A stretch of DNA of 64,000 bases, taken from an uncultured Alphaproteobacteria bacterium (lineage in GTDB: Bacteria; Pseudomonadota; Alphaproteobacteria; RF32; CAG-239). Shown here piece after piece: positions 8,942 to 20,464 of the stretch (its first letter is position 1; each line of letters begins with the position of its first letter). The stretch spans positions 182 through 64,181 of the forward strand of contig CAJGCO010000007.1 in NCBI GenBank assembly GCA_904501925.1, given 5' to 3'. The position numbers and the translations under genes were made by a program. The notes under the pieces were generated by a model. It saw nothing but the letters and a program-made list of their open reading frames with translations, ran no database searches and had not been told where the DNA came from.

Positions 8942-10591
8942 ATGAAAAAAACTTTCATCAAAGTAGCCAACGCTACTTCAAGCCTCTGGCTTAAGAAAAC
9001 AGTAAAAACTAACATTAACGCATCTGCATGGCTCCCTGGTGTAAAAAAAGAGCTCAAAGTTCTGGGACGTGAAGTTCATTCATTCCTAGGCGAAGGCGGC
9101 ACAGAGGTCTTTGATTTCGACCTCAATGTCAGCGAACAGTTCGCTCAAGAACGTCGTTGGAGCTTGGCCACACGCCTCGCTCTGATTGAGAGAGGTTGCT
9201 TCGTTCTCATTGAGGACATATCTACTCTCGATGAGCTTGATGCTATGCTCAAAAGAGAGAAGGTTAACCCTATCTCCGAAAAGGTATGGCTAACAGCGCT
9301 TCGCCGTCGAACTCCAACCAAGGATAAGCTCGCTTCATTGGTAAGCACGCTACCAATGAGGACGCTAGCACACATCGTAGAGCACATACCAACTGTGTTC
9401 AACGATCTAAGTGTCGAGCGTATTGACGCACTAGAGCTCTCAAACAGAGAACAAACTAAGCATTGGCTATTGTTCCAGCTTAGCAAGTCTGATCCAAAGA
9501 GATGGTCTCTTCCTCTGGCGAAAATCCTTCTTGACGAGTGTGACAAGAAAGATCACCCAGAACTAATGTCTTCATGGTTGAAGGTAACTGTATATCTTGC
9601 GATTAAGAACAAGGTTGACATTTCATCCATCATACCAAGGATATACAAAAAGTATAACTCTTTGTATGATGATATCACCTCAGCCTGTGGACTAGATGAG
9701 AATTGGGAGTTTGCTCGCCCAATCATTCTCAACTGGATGCCTCAGTTGTTGCATTTGGTAAAGGACATCACTTGCCCATTCGACCAAGTGATTACTCACT
9801 CGGTAGAGTGCAATGAACCAGCAATTCTGCTAAAGATTGCATACCGACATGTTGACAGTCCTGAAGTACATCAGGTACTTCTCGACAACCTCAACCACAT
9901 TGTCAAGGCAGAGAAAAACTTTGTATCTGCTCTCAACAACAGGTTGATATTCCATGCAACCAACGAGAGACAGTATTTCCAAATTATCTCAGCCAACAAG
10001 TGGTATAACTTTGAGAACGCAAACGATGATGCTAACCTGAGACTGCTGAAAAACAAAGTCTTCAACAGCAAGGCAACTGACGTCATCATCCAGTATTTCT
10101 TCCCCTTCACAGGATGGGATACAGATGATGCCAAATGTGCTATCAGAATTCTGGTCGGACAAGACAAGTTCCCCGTCTCTATGATTGATAGCTTGTCAGA
10201 GGAGATGCAGGCGTACGCATACGAAACAATGCGTACAAGAGCTCAGGCTCTAGTCCTCAATTCTACGGACATGGGGCAAGTAAAGTATCTGCTCTCAAAG
10301 CGCAACTTAACCGTTGAAGCCGAACAGATAATGCTCAAGCGAGTTGTTACCAATGATTACACTCATTTCTATGAGAACCTCGTGGTAGACTACATTGCTT
10401 CCAAGAAGCTCGCTCCGTCTTCATTCGTCTTCTTGACTAAGTGCAACTATGGTTCACTTCGCTTGTGGAAACGATACCTAACAACCTATGCTAGCAAGCA
10501 TGGTTTGACTCAAAACGAGTTTGCATATATCATGCAGGGTTCTACTTTCCCAACTGAGGCTATCGAATTCGAGTGTTTCTTGAAAGACTAA
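8942..10591 (+). CDS. Orphan hypothetical protein, 549 aa, in a compositionally atypical gene
   Basis: Long clean ORF with no SD. No TM segment, signal peptide or recognisable catalytic motif; mostly helical in appearance. GC and GC3-rich codons (CTC, GAG, AAG, TTC) are clearly above the neighbours. Has its own promoter and terminator. Confidence 0.75.
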   Translation: MKKTFIKVANATSSLWLKKTVKTNINASAWLPGVKKELKVLGREVHSFLGEGGTEVFDFDLNVSEQFAQERRWSLATRLALIERGCFVLIEDISTLDELDAMLKREKVNPISEKVWLTALRRRTPTKDKLASLVSTLPMRTLAHIVEHIPTVFNDLSVERIDALELSNREQTKHWLLFQLSKSDPKRWSLPLAKILLDECDKKDHPELMSSWLKVTVYLAIKNKVDISSIIPRIYKKYNSLYDDITSACGLDENWEFARPIILNWMPQLLHLVKDITCPFDQVITHSVECNEPAILLKIAYRHVDSPEVHQVLLDNLNHIVKAEKNFVSALNNRLIFHATNERQYFQIISANKWYNFENANDDANLRLLKNKVFNSKATDVIIQYFFPFTGWDTDDAKCAIRILVGQDKFPVSMIDSLSEEMQAYAYETMRTRAQALVLNSTDMGQVKYLLSKRNLTVEAEQIMLKRVVTNDYTHFYENLVVDYIASKKLAPSSFVFLTKCNYGSLRLWKRYLTTYASKHGLTQNEFAYIMQGSTFPTEAIEFECFLKD

Positions 10592-10618
10592 ACTCAACAA
10601 CAAAAACGACTAACCATT

Positions 10619-10647
10619 AGGAGGGGCATTACGCCCCTCCTTTTTTA
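10619..10647 (+). terminator. Rho-independent terminator
   Basis: AGGAGGGGC / GCCCCTCCT stem, 5-nt loop, T6 tail. Confidence 0.8.
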
Positions 10648-10725
10648 TTTAACACATCACAAATATAACTTGAAAAAAAACTTCTCCCTTATATACTTAA
10701 TCCATTGTTTATATAAGGATTGAAC

Positions 10726-11736
10726 ATGAAAAAATTTTTCTATATCATCACTAGTTTAATAGTAATTTCATCTGCAATATTCTATTATGCAAACCGGCTA
10801 GATTATAATAAAGTTGTCTTAGTTTTACCTTCCTCAAACAGAGCATCATCTCTTTATTTTTATAAAAAAGATGGCGATTTTTTCTTAGCTCAAGATTTAG
10901 GATTGGGACTAGAAAAATTAGGTTACACTGTTGAATATCGCTTCAGAGAAGATTTTAATAATATGAACCTAAAAGATGCCGGCAACATCATCTATTTCAA
11001 AGGATATTACAACTTTGCCTCTCTCCCACAAGATAACGTAAAAAAACGTAAAAAAGTTTTATACATATACTACGTTGAAGGTCTAAATGAAAACACCCTA
11101 AAAGAAGCAGATGTAATCGTTAGTGCCTCAAAAAAATTCCTTAATGAATATATCTTAAGCAAAGGCCTTAAAGGAGAATACGCTCCTCAGTTTACAAACC
11201 CGGAACGCTTTAAAAACTCAACTGACCCTATCCCAAATCCATCAGATGTTTTGTTTGTTGGCTCCAACCATACCGGCAAAGGACGAAAGAGTGTAGAATA
11301 TGCAATCAATGCCAATGCCAACCTTGACGTCTATGGCAAATATTGGAATGGCTACATTCCTCAATCATACATAAAAGGCAACTACATTGAAAATAACAAC
11401 CTTTCCCAATATTATGCAAATGCCAAAATCGTATTAAACGATCACAGAGATGATATGCAACATTTTGGTTTTATCTCTAATCGCATATTTGATGTAAGCG
11501 CCAGTGGTGGCTTTGTCTTTACAGATTATCTAAAAGAAATAGAAGAAATCTATGGCGATAGTATCGCAATGTTTAAAACCCAAGAAGAATTTACTCAAAA
11601 ATTGCAATACTATTTAGCCAACGAAGATGTACGAAAAGAAATGAGCAAAAAAGCCCAAAAAATCACATTAGAAAACTTCACTAATCTAAAAATTGCTCAA
11701 AAATTTTCAGATATCTTAAAAAATATAAAAAAATAA
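10726..11736 (+). CDS. CgeB-like / GT1-type glycosyltransferase family protein
   Basis: N-terminal TM anchor. The C-terminus (ISNRIFDVSASGGFVFTDYLKEIEEIYGDSIAMFKTQEEF) matches the Glyco_trans_1_2/CgeB type. The ATG at 10726 (AAGGA SD) is preferred over the track's TTG at 10720. Confidence 0.6.
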   Translation: MKKFFYIITSLIVISSAIFYYANRLDYNKVVLVLPSSNRASSLYFYKKDGDFFLAQDLGLGLEKLGYTVEYRFREDFNNMNLKDAGNIIYFKGYYNFASLPQDNVKKRKKVLYIYYVEGLNENTLKEADVIVSASKKFLNEYILSKGLKGEYAPQFTNPERFKNSTDPIPNPSDVLFVGSNHTGKGRKSVEYAINANANLDVYGKYWNGYIPQSYIKGNYIENNNLSQYYANAKIVLNDHRDDMQHFGFISNRIFDVSASGGFVFTDYLKEIEEIYGDSIAMFKTQEEFTQKLQYYLANEDVRKEMSKKAQKITLENFTNLKIAQKFSDILKNIKK

Positions 11737-11825
11737 AAAAATATTTTTAATATAACTTGATTTTTTCCAAACCACACACTAACTAAAGTATTAGTTAATT
11801 AAACTTATTTATAGGAGCAATTTAA

Positions 11826-12116
11826 ATGCTAGTTAAGCCATTAAGAGAAAACGTTTTAGTAAAACGTGTTGAAGAAGAAAATAAAACAGCTGGTGGTATC
11901 ATTTTGCCAGATACAGCTAAAGAAAAACCAAGTGAAGGTAAAATTATTGCCATCGGCGAAGGCCGTGTTACAACAGATGGTAGAGTTATGCCTATGAGCG
12001 TAAAAGTTGGCGACACTGTTTTATTTAGCAAATGGACTGGAACTGAAATTAAAGTTGACGGAGAGCCTCATTTGATTATCAAAGAGGGTGACATTTTAGC
12101 AATTATTGAAAGATAA
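11826..12116 (+). CDS. groES: Co-chaperonin GroES
   Basis: 96 aa. LKPLRENVLVKRVEEENKTAGGIILPDTAKEKP is a classical GroES sequence including the mobile loop. Confidence 0.97.
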   Translation: MLVKPLRENVLVKRVEEENKTAGGIILPDTAKEKPSEGKIIAIGEGRVTTDGRVMPMSVKVGDTVLFSKWTGTEIKVDGEPHLIIKEGDILAIIER

Positions 12117-12134
12117 TACAGAAAGGGAACATAA

Positions 12135-13787
<1,653 letters not shown>

Positions 13788-13820
13788 CCCAATCTGCCAA
13801 CCGGTAGAACTTAAAACAAA

Positions 13821-13848
13821 AAGGGTAGTCATTTACTACCCTTTTTTA
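13821..13848 (+). terminator. Rho-independent terminator after groEL
   Basis: GGGTAGT/ACTACCC stem, 5-nt loop, T6 tail. Confidence 0.7.
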
Positions 13849-14007
13849 TTATCCCCCAATATTCCCCCATCTCTTTTATATCTCTATATCTCCCCATTTT
13901 TTTATTTGATTTTACTATTGCAATATTAATTTTAAAAAGATATAAACAAACCATAATAAACAATAATTATTTAGAACAGATTCTATTTACAGTTTTAAGG
14001 AAGCCAA

Positions 14008-14949
14008 ATGCCCAAAGTCTCCATCATAATACCTTGTTATAAAGTTGAGAAATACTTAAAAAGATGTTTAGATTCAGTTCTAGCACAAACATTTTGCGAG
14101 TGGGAAGCAATTTGTGTTGATGATGGAAGCCCTGATAATTCTGGTCAAATTTTAGATGAGTATGCAAAATTAGATTCTCGCTTCAAAGTAATACATCAAG
14201 AAAATCAAGGTTTATCCCAAGCCAGAAATAATGGCAAAAATCAAGCCAATGGTGATTATATTTATTTTCTAGATTCTGATGACACAATGCATCCACAATT
14301 ATTAGAAACAACCTACTCTCTTATGCAACAACATAATGCAGACCTTGTTACATTTGAAATTAACAAACATAACCAACCTATAAACAATATAAATATAAAT
14401 ACCATAAAAACAAAAATAACAAACCAACCAATCTATCAAAAAAATAGCAAAAGCAAATTCAAAATACATTTTAATGTTTGCACCAAACTCTATAAAAAGG
14501 AATTGTTAAATTCTATAGATTTTATTCCCAACATTCACTTTGAAGATTATCCATTTACATTTGCTATTTTTAAAAAAAATCCGAAAACAATTATAACTAC
14601 ATTAAAACTATATAATTACGCTCAAAATAACGATTCGATATCAAGACAAAAAAGCACACCAAAACAAATAAAAGATTATTCAATCGGAATAAATTACATA
14701 TATGATATATACAAACACCCTCACTATAAAAAAGAACTAAACTACATAAAAAGAACTCTTATTCCAAATCTATTAAAACAACAACTACATCGTTGCCAAC
14801 AATCAGATGAAACCATCAAATCACAAATGTTTAAAGAGTTTACCCAACAATTGATAGATTTGAATAACAAAGGCTTAATTTCTTGGCGTGGTCATAACCT
14901 AGCAAGATACTTCACATATAAAAAGCTAATCAACGGAGGCTTATTATGA
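14008..14949 (+). CDS. Family 2 glycosyltransferase
   Basis: VSIIIPCYKVEKYLKRCLDSVLAQT...VDDGSPDNS...DSDD is a typical GT2 N-terminal domain. Confidence 0.85.
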   Translation: MPKVSIIIPCYKVEKYLKRCLDSVLAQTFCEWEAICVDDGSPDNSGQILDEYAKLDSRFKVIHQENQGLSQARNNGKNQANGDYIYFLDSDDTMHPQLLETTYSLMQQHNADLVTFEINKHNQPINNININTIKTKITNQPIYQKNSKSKFKIHFNVCTKLYKKELLNSIDFIPNIHFEDYPFTFAIFKKNPKTIITTLKLYNYAQNNDSISRQKSTPKQIKDYSIGINYIYDIYKHPHYKKELNYIKRTLIPNLLKQQLHRCQQSDETIKSQMFKEFTQQLIDLNNKGLISWRGHNLARYFTYKKLINGGLL

Positions 14950-15764
14950 TACAAATATATTCCTGTCATCATAAACCATATCAACAAGTTGAAAGCAACA
15001 TCATATACCCTATTCATGTGGGAAAAGCCTTATCAAACATAGACCTTGGCTTTCAAGGAGATGACACATCTGATAACATATCAAACAAAAATCCTCATTT
15101 CTGTGAATTAACCGCAACTTATTGGATATACAAAAACTCAAAAGCCGACATTGTTGGCCTATTTCATTATCGTCGATTCCTCAACTTTGCAAATAACGAA
15201 ACCAAAACAAACAAAATAGACAACAATTTTGCCACAACATATGGCATCACAGAAGAAAACATAAAAAACATATTAAAAGATTATGATATCATAGTCCCAA
15301 ACAAAACCAAACCAACCAAAACAACCGTATATGATTTTTATGCTAAAGAACATTTTGGCTCTGATATGGATTTAGTTTTAGATATTATAAAACAAAAATA
15401 CCCACAAGATTATGAAATCGCCATAAAAGAACTCAAAGAAAACTCTCAAACCATCATTGCCAATATGCTAATTACCAAAAAACACATATTTGATGAATAC
15501 GCTAAATGGCTGTTTGATATTTTATTTGAAGTAGAAAAACACATCCAACCCGATGTCCTAACCAGAAACGCTTACCAACAACGTGTTTATGGTTTTTTAT
15601 CAGAACGTTTAATGGGTGTATTTTTAGCAATTCATAAAGAATTAAAAGTAAAACATCTTCCCATACTTATGATTGAAGAAGATGCTAAAAAATTTAGAAA
15701 ATATAAACTAAGAAAAATTAAAAATAAAATTTTAACATTCATAACATTAGGATTAAAAAAATGA
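14946..15764 (+). CDS. DUF4422-family putative glycosyltransferase
   Basis: IYSCHHK..IYPIHVGK...FCELTATYWIYKN...GLFHYRRF matches the DUF4422 pattern (recalled). ATGA overlap with the upstream gene. Confidence 0.65.
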   Translation: MIQIYSCHHKPYQQVESNIIYPIHVGKALSNIDLGFQGDDTSDNISNKNPHFCELTATYWIYKNSKADIVGLFHYRRFLNFANNETKTNKIDNNFATTYGITEENIKNILKDYDIIVPNKTKPTKTTVYDFYAKEHFGSDMDLVLDIIKQKYPQDYEIAIKELKENSQTIIANMLITKKHIFDEYAKWLFDILFEVEKHIQPDVLTRNAYQQRVYGFLSERLMGVFLAIHKELKVKHLPILMIEEDAKKFRKYKLRKIKNKILTFITLGLKK

Positions 15765-16903
15765 GTAAAATTCAAAATCTAATTGTTGGAGCAGGCTTTT
15801 CCGGAGCAACATTAGCCATAAAAATCGCCGAAGAACTAAATGAAAAAGTTGTAGTAATTGATTCCAAATCCCACCTAGGAGGCAATTCATATGACTATAG
15901 AGATGAACATGGCATTATGATTCACAAATACGGCTCCCATATTTTCCACACAAATTTGGAAAATGTATGGAAATTTGTTAGCCGTTTTACCAACTTTAAT
16001 ACCTATATGCACAAAGTTATTGCTCTAATCGATGGCATTGAAACCACCATTCCATTTAACTTTAGAACATTATACGATGTTTTTCCAGAAACTTTAGCTC
16101 GTCGCTTAGAAGAAAAACTTTTAACAAACTTTGAATACAACAAAAAAGTACCAATTTTAGAATTCCAAAAACAAGACGATGCAGATTTAAAATTCTTAGC
16201 TAACTACGTCTACGAAAAAGTATTTTTACATTACACAACCAAACAATGGGGTGTAAATCCAAACGAGGTTGATGGTGCTGTAACCGCACGTGTGCCAGTA
16301 TATTTAAGTTGTGATGAAAGATATTTCCAAGACAAATACCAAGGCATCCCAACTAACGGCTATACAGAAGTAATCAAATCAATGTTAAACCATCCAAACA
16401 TTGAAGTTCGTCTAAACACCAAGTTTGAAGATTTCAACGAAGAATACGAACGCCTATTTTATACTGGTCCAATAGATGAATTTTTTGATTATAAATTTGG
16501 TGAATTACCATACAGAAGTGTACATTTCAAAATGGAAGAACACGACACACCATATTACCAATCAAATGCCTGTGTAAACTATCCATGCAATTATGATTTT
16601 ACCCGTATTCATGAATATAAATATTACCTAAATGACTTTTCAGAAAAAACTGTAATTGCTAAAGAATATTCTGAAAGCTTTGTACGTGGCAAAAACGAAC
16701 GTTATTATCCAATACCAAACCAAGAAACAACAGCTTTATACAACCGCTACAAAGCCGAAGCTGATAAATTAAAAAATGTATATTTCTTAGGTCGTTTAGG
16801 TGATTATAAATATTACGATATGGATAAAGCCATAAATCGCGCCCTAGAACTATTTGAGGAGATAAAATCTACCTCAACTTTTACCCCATCTCTCGCCGCT
16901 TAA
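15761..16903 (+). CDS. glf: UDP-galactopyranose mutase
   Basis: 380 aa. FAD motif IVGAGFSGATLA, then GGNSYDY..HKYGSHIFHT, with Glf-typical length. Overlaps the upstream stop. Confidence 0.9.
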   Translation: MSKIQNLIVGAGFSGATLAIKIAEELNEKVVVIDSKSHLGGNSYDYRDEHGIMIHKYGSHIFHTNLENVWKFVSRFTNFNTYMHKVIALIDGIETTIPFNFRTLYDVFPETLARRLEEKLLTNFEYNKKVPILEFQKQDDADLKFLANYVYEKVFLHYTTKQWGVNPNEVDGAVTARVPVYLSCDERYFQDKYQGIPTNGYTEVIKSMLNHPNIEVRLNTKFEDFNEEYERLFYTGPIDEFFDYKFGELPYRSVHFKMEEHDTPYYQSNACVNYPCNYDFTRIHEYKYYLNDFSEKTVIAKEYSESFVRGKNERYYPIPNQETTALYNRYKAEADKLKNVYFLGRLGDYKYYDMDKAINRALELFEEIKSTSTFTPSLAA

Positions 16904-16928
16904 TTTTAACATTTAAGGATATAATGTA

Positions 16929-17693
16929 GTGCATAAAAATATTATAAAATTTTTATCATTTTTTATTCTAAACTCTCAAAAAAGAAAAGAGTTTAGAAAG
17001 AAATATTATTTATCATACATTGATTTATCAATACTAAAAAAGAGATATAAAATTAAGGGTAAAAATAATAAAATAATCATTGTTAAAAATGGTGAAGAAT
17101 ATCTTCTAGGCAAAAATAAAAAAATAAAAGGTTTAAATATTATTATAAATGGAAATAATAATATTATTAAATTAAGTGAACATCTTATAGGAATTCATAA
17201 TAGCATATTTGAAATATTAGGAGATAATAATTCAATAGAAATAGGCTCAACTCCTCACCGAATAGAACTAAATATTATGTTAAAATGGAGTTGTAATAAT
17301 AGAAAAATTATTATAGGTGACAATTTCTCATGCGACTTAACAAAAATTTATATCAATGAAGACAATGGAATATGTAAAATAGGAAATGATTGTATGTTTA
17401 GCAATAATATAACAGTCAGAACAGATGGACATGCAATACTAAATGATAAGAATGAAGTTATTAATAATTTTGCAAATATTGAAATTGGCAACCATGTATG
17501 GTGTGGAGAAAAATGCACCATATTAAAAAGCGCTTTAATCCCTAATAATTCTATTATAGGTGTAGGGAGTATTGTTACTAAAAAATATAAACAGGAAAAT
17601 ATAATCTTAGCAGGTAATCCTGCAAAGATTATAAAAGAAAATATTAATTGGAGTAGACATAATGCTTCACATATTGTAAAAGGAAGGATATAA
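16929..17693 (+). CDS. Hexapeptide-repeat O-acetyltransferase
   Basis: GTG start. The C-terminal left-handed beta-helix repeats (IGNHVWCGEKCTILKSALIPNNSIIGVGSIVTKKY...LAGNPAKII) are typical of sugar acetyltransferases. Confidence 0.75.
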   Translation: MHKNIIKFLSFFILNSQKRKEFRKKYYLSYIDLSILKKRYKIKGKNNKIIIVKNGEEYLLGKNKKIKGLNIIINGNNNIIKLSEHLIGIHNSIFEILGDNNSIEIGSTPHRIELNIMLKWSCNNRKIIIGDNFSCDLTKIYINEDNGICKIGNDCMFSNNITVRTDGHAILNDKNEVINNFANIEIGNHVWCGEKCTILKSALIPNNSIIGVGSIVTKKYKQENIILAGNPAKIIKENINWSRHNASHIVKGRI

Positions 17694-17694
17694 A

Positions 17695-18819
17695 ATGATA
17701 AAACAACCCAAAGTATCAGTTGTCGTACCAATTTATGGAGTAGAAAAATATTTACACCAATGTGTAGATAGTATTTTAGCACAAACCCTTGAAGATATTG
17801 AAATTATTTTGGTTGATGACGGATCAAAAGATAAGTGTCCTGAAATTGTTGATGAATACGCCAAAAAAGACCCACGCATTGTTGCTGTTCACCAACCAAA
17901 CGGAGGTTACGGTCGCGCAGTAAATCATGGAATAGAGCTAGCCAAAGGTGAATATATTGGTATTGTTGAATCAGATGATTGGATTGAACCCGATATGTAT
18001 GAAAAACTCTATAATAACGCCAAAGAAAACAATACAGATGTAACTAAAGGTGAATTTTATATTTATAATTCATTCTTACCAGAAGCTGAACAAAATAATG
18101 TATGGAAAAACCGTTATCAAGATTTAGATGAAGCGCCTGATAACGTTTTTTCAATTGATGAATATCCCTTACTTTTAGCTTTTCACGCATCAATATGGTC
18201 ATCTATTTATAAAGCAGAATTTATAAAACAACAGCAAGTTATTGAAAGCCGTTCTGCGAGTTACCAGGATTTTCCTTTTATGGTAGAAGCATTTTGCAGA
18301 GCTAAAAGAATTACTATAGTTAAAGAGCCTCTTGTACATTATCGTATGGAAGAAGGCATGGGATCATCAACGCTAAGAAGAGATGCTCGTCTAATGATTA
18401 TGGCTGATCAATGCCAAAAATGCAAAGAGCATTTAATTAAATACAAAAAACATGAAACACTAAAAGAAGAGTTCTATTTTCATGCTTTTTTAGCTAACGA
18501 TGCTTTTTATAATAATATTTTATTTAAACACAAATACGAATATTTTCTTAAAATAAAAAATTTATTCCATAATTTGAAAAATGATAATAATTTTACATTT
18601 AAATATTTTACCTCTGAACAAAAAAAATCCATGAATTATTATATACATGGAAATTTTTACAGAGAACTATGTAAATATATTTTAAAACAATTACGCAAAT
18701 TTATTATTCGCATCATAATAAAACCCCAAAAAAAACAATTTGTATTACAATTTTTAGGTTTGCGCATTTCTAAAAACAAACATTTAAATACTCCATGTAT
18801 ACTAGATATTAAACTATAG
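17695..18819 (+). CDS. Family 2 glycosyltransferase
   Basis: VSVVVPIYGVEKYLHQCVDSILAQT..VDDGSKD...ESDD. Confidence 0.85.
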   Translation: MIKQPKVSVVVPIYGVEKYLHQCVDSILAQTLEDIEIILVDDGSKDKCPEIVDEYAKKDPRIVAVHQPNGGYGRAVNHGIELAKGEYIGIVESDDWIEPDMYEKLYNNAKENNTDVTKGEFYIYNSFLPEAEQNNVWKNRYQDLDEAPDNVFSIDEYPLLLAFHASIWSSIYKAEFIKQQQVIESRSASYQDFPFMVEAFCRAKRITIVKEPLVHYRMEEGMGSSTLRRDARLMIMADQCQKCKEHLIKYKKHETLKEEFYFHAFLANDAFYNNILFKHKYEYFLKIKNLFHNLKNDNNFTFKYFTSEQKKSMNYYIHGNFYRELCKYILKQLRKFIIRIIIKPQKKQFVLQFLGLRISKNKHLNTPCILDIKL

Positions 18820-18829
18820 GAGATAGACT

Positions 18830-19819
18830 ATGCATCCAATTATTTGTCGTTTAATTACAGGATTTATTCCTAATAAGGAAAAACGAAAAAAATTTAGAGA
18901 AAAACATATTACTAACAAAATCAACAAACATAGTATTGAATATATAAGTAATCAACTAGATTATTTGATAAATTTTGTAAAAAAAACAACCGATATTACT
19001 AAAATCCCAACCGCATACGGAAATCTAAGATTAGTTCAACTTGGATCAGCTAAACTTTTAGACTTAATACATAACATATGTATTAACAATAATCTTCAAT
19101 ATTGGATGCACTATGGAACACTTATTGGTGCAGTTAGACACAAAGGATTTATCCCTTGGGATGATGACATTGATATTTGCATGATGAGAGATGATTATGA
19201 AAAATTAATAAAAATTCTCGGAAATGGTAAATTTTGCAAAACAGATGGAATACTAACATTTAATGTTGGAGACGTATTAAAAATATTTTATAGAAATTTA
19301 CCTATTCGCGTCGATATATTTCCTATGGATACATACTATGAAAAAGTTAAAACTGAAGAACAACAAAATACATTAATTGAAAAACAAGCCAAAGCACGTT
19401 CTATGGTTAAATTTGATTGGAGTAATTTATTACCTGTTTTTCCAGATGAAATTCCATCAAACACAAAAAATTATTCAGAAATTAAAGATATCTCTAATAA
19501 AGTTGTAATGAATAACAATCTATCTATTGAGCAAGGTAGTATTTTTAGAGGAATAGAAACTATTCCTACAGATAGAGTTGTATATCAATATGAACATATT
19601 TTTCCAATTAAAAATATCCAATTTGAAGGTTATAATTTTATGTGCCCTAATCGTTGTGATGCAGTATTACAAACTCGTTTTGGAGATGGAATATTTGATT
19701 ATCCCGCAGATATGTATTCCAAACACTCTTTATTATCAAAACTAAATTTAACCACTTTAATAGAAATTGAAAAATTTTTAGCAGAGGACAATAAAAAAAT
19801 TTTGGAGAAACTACAATGA
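18830..19819 (+). CDS. licD: LicD-family phosphotransferase (phosphocholine or glycerol/ribitol-phosphate transfer to a glycan)
   Basis: YWMHYGTLIGAVRHKGFIPWDDDIDICM is the LicD signature region. Confidence 0.75.
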   Translation: MHPIICRLITGFIPNKEKRKKFREKHITNKINKHSIEYISNQLDYLINFVKKTTDITKIPTAYGNLRLVQLGSAKLLDLIHNICINNNLQYWMHYGTLIGAVRHKGFIPWDDDIDICMMRDDYEKLIKILGNGKFCKTDGILTFNVGDVLKIFYRNLPIRVDIFPMDTYYEKVKTEEQQNTLIEKQAKARSMVKFDWSNLLPVFPDEIPSNTKNYSEIKDISNKVVMNNNLSIEQGSIFRGIETIPTDRVVYQYEHIFPIKNIQFEGYNFMCPNRCDAVLQTRFGDGIFDYPADMYSKHSLLSKLNLTTLIEIEKFLAEDNKKILEKLQ

Positions 19820-20241
19820 AAATAGGATATACCGCAGGTGTTTATGATTTATTTCATATTGGACACTTAAATCTACTAAAAAATGCAAAACAAAAATGTG
19901 ATAAATTGATAGTAGGAATAACTACAGATGAATTAGTTAAATACAAAGGTAAATGCCCTGTTATAACATTAGCAGAACGAATGGAAATAGTTAAAGCCAT
20001 TAAATATGTAGATGAAGTTGTTGTTCAGGATAATCTTGACAAATTTGAAGCGTGGAAAAAATATCATTATGATGTGTTATTTGTTGGTGATGATTGGAAG
20101 GGAACCGATAAATGGAATGAATATGAATTAAAATTAAAAGAAAAAGGCGCAACTGTTTGTTATCTACCATACACCCAAACAACTAGCTCTACATTATTAA
20201 CAGAAGTACTAAAAAAAATACAATCAATAAATTCAGATTAA
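19816..20241 (+). CDS. tagD: Glycerol-3-phosphate cytidylyltransferase-like (TagD-type)
   Basis: 141 aa. GYTAGVYDLFHIGHLNLLKNAK (HxGH) ... YVDEVV ... GDDWKG ... YLPYT..TSST parallels B. subtilis TagD along its whole length (recalled alignment). Confidence 0.7.
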   Translation: MKIGYTAGVYDLFHIGHLNLLKNAKQKCDKLIVGITTDELVKYKGKCPVITLAERMEIVKAIKYVDEVVVQDNLDKFEAWKKYHYDVLFVGDDWKGTDKWNEYELKLKEKGATVCYLPYTQTTSSTLLTEVLKKIQSINSD

Positions 20242-20294
20242 ATCGTTAAATTTAGTATTATCTAACGTATTTTTTATCATCACACAACAAAAAA

Positions 20295-20318
20295 AGCCCG
20301 TCTCAATAAAGGGCTTTT
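20295..20318. terminator. Bidirectional terminator hairpin between the polysaccharide operon and the tRNA
   Basis: AGCCC/GGGCT stem. T4 follows on the plus strand and T6 on the minus strand, so it is the better terminator for the tRNA transcript. Confidence 0.5.
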
Positions 20319-20321
20319 AAC

Positions 20322-20412
<91 letters not shown>

Positions 20413-20464
20413 AACTTGCACTTTTGTATATTTATTTTATTATATTTGCAAGCATTATTTTTCA

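Noticed and set aside
11740-11825. CIRCE/HrcA operator or a clear sigma32 promoter upstream of groES.
   Set aside because: No TTAGCACTC-N9-GAGTGCTAA-like inverted repeat is present. A CTTGAT box at 11746 has no convincing -10 partner (CACACTAA at best), so I do not call it.
13845-13905. Clusters of C4-C6 tracts on the plus strand after groEL, and again at 62570..62625, considered as minus-strand G-quadruplex motifs or a shared intergenic repeat family.
   Set aside because: The two regions share composition but no alignable sequence. With loops this long and only marginal tract numbers, a G4 call is unsupported without a dedicated predictor or experiments.
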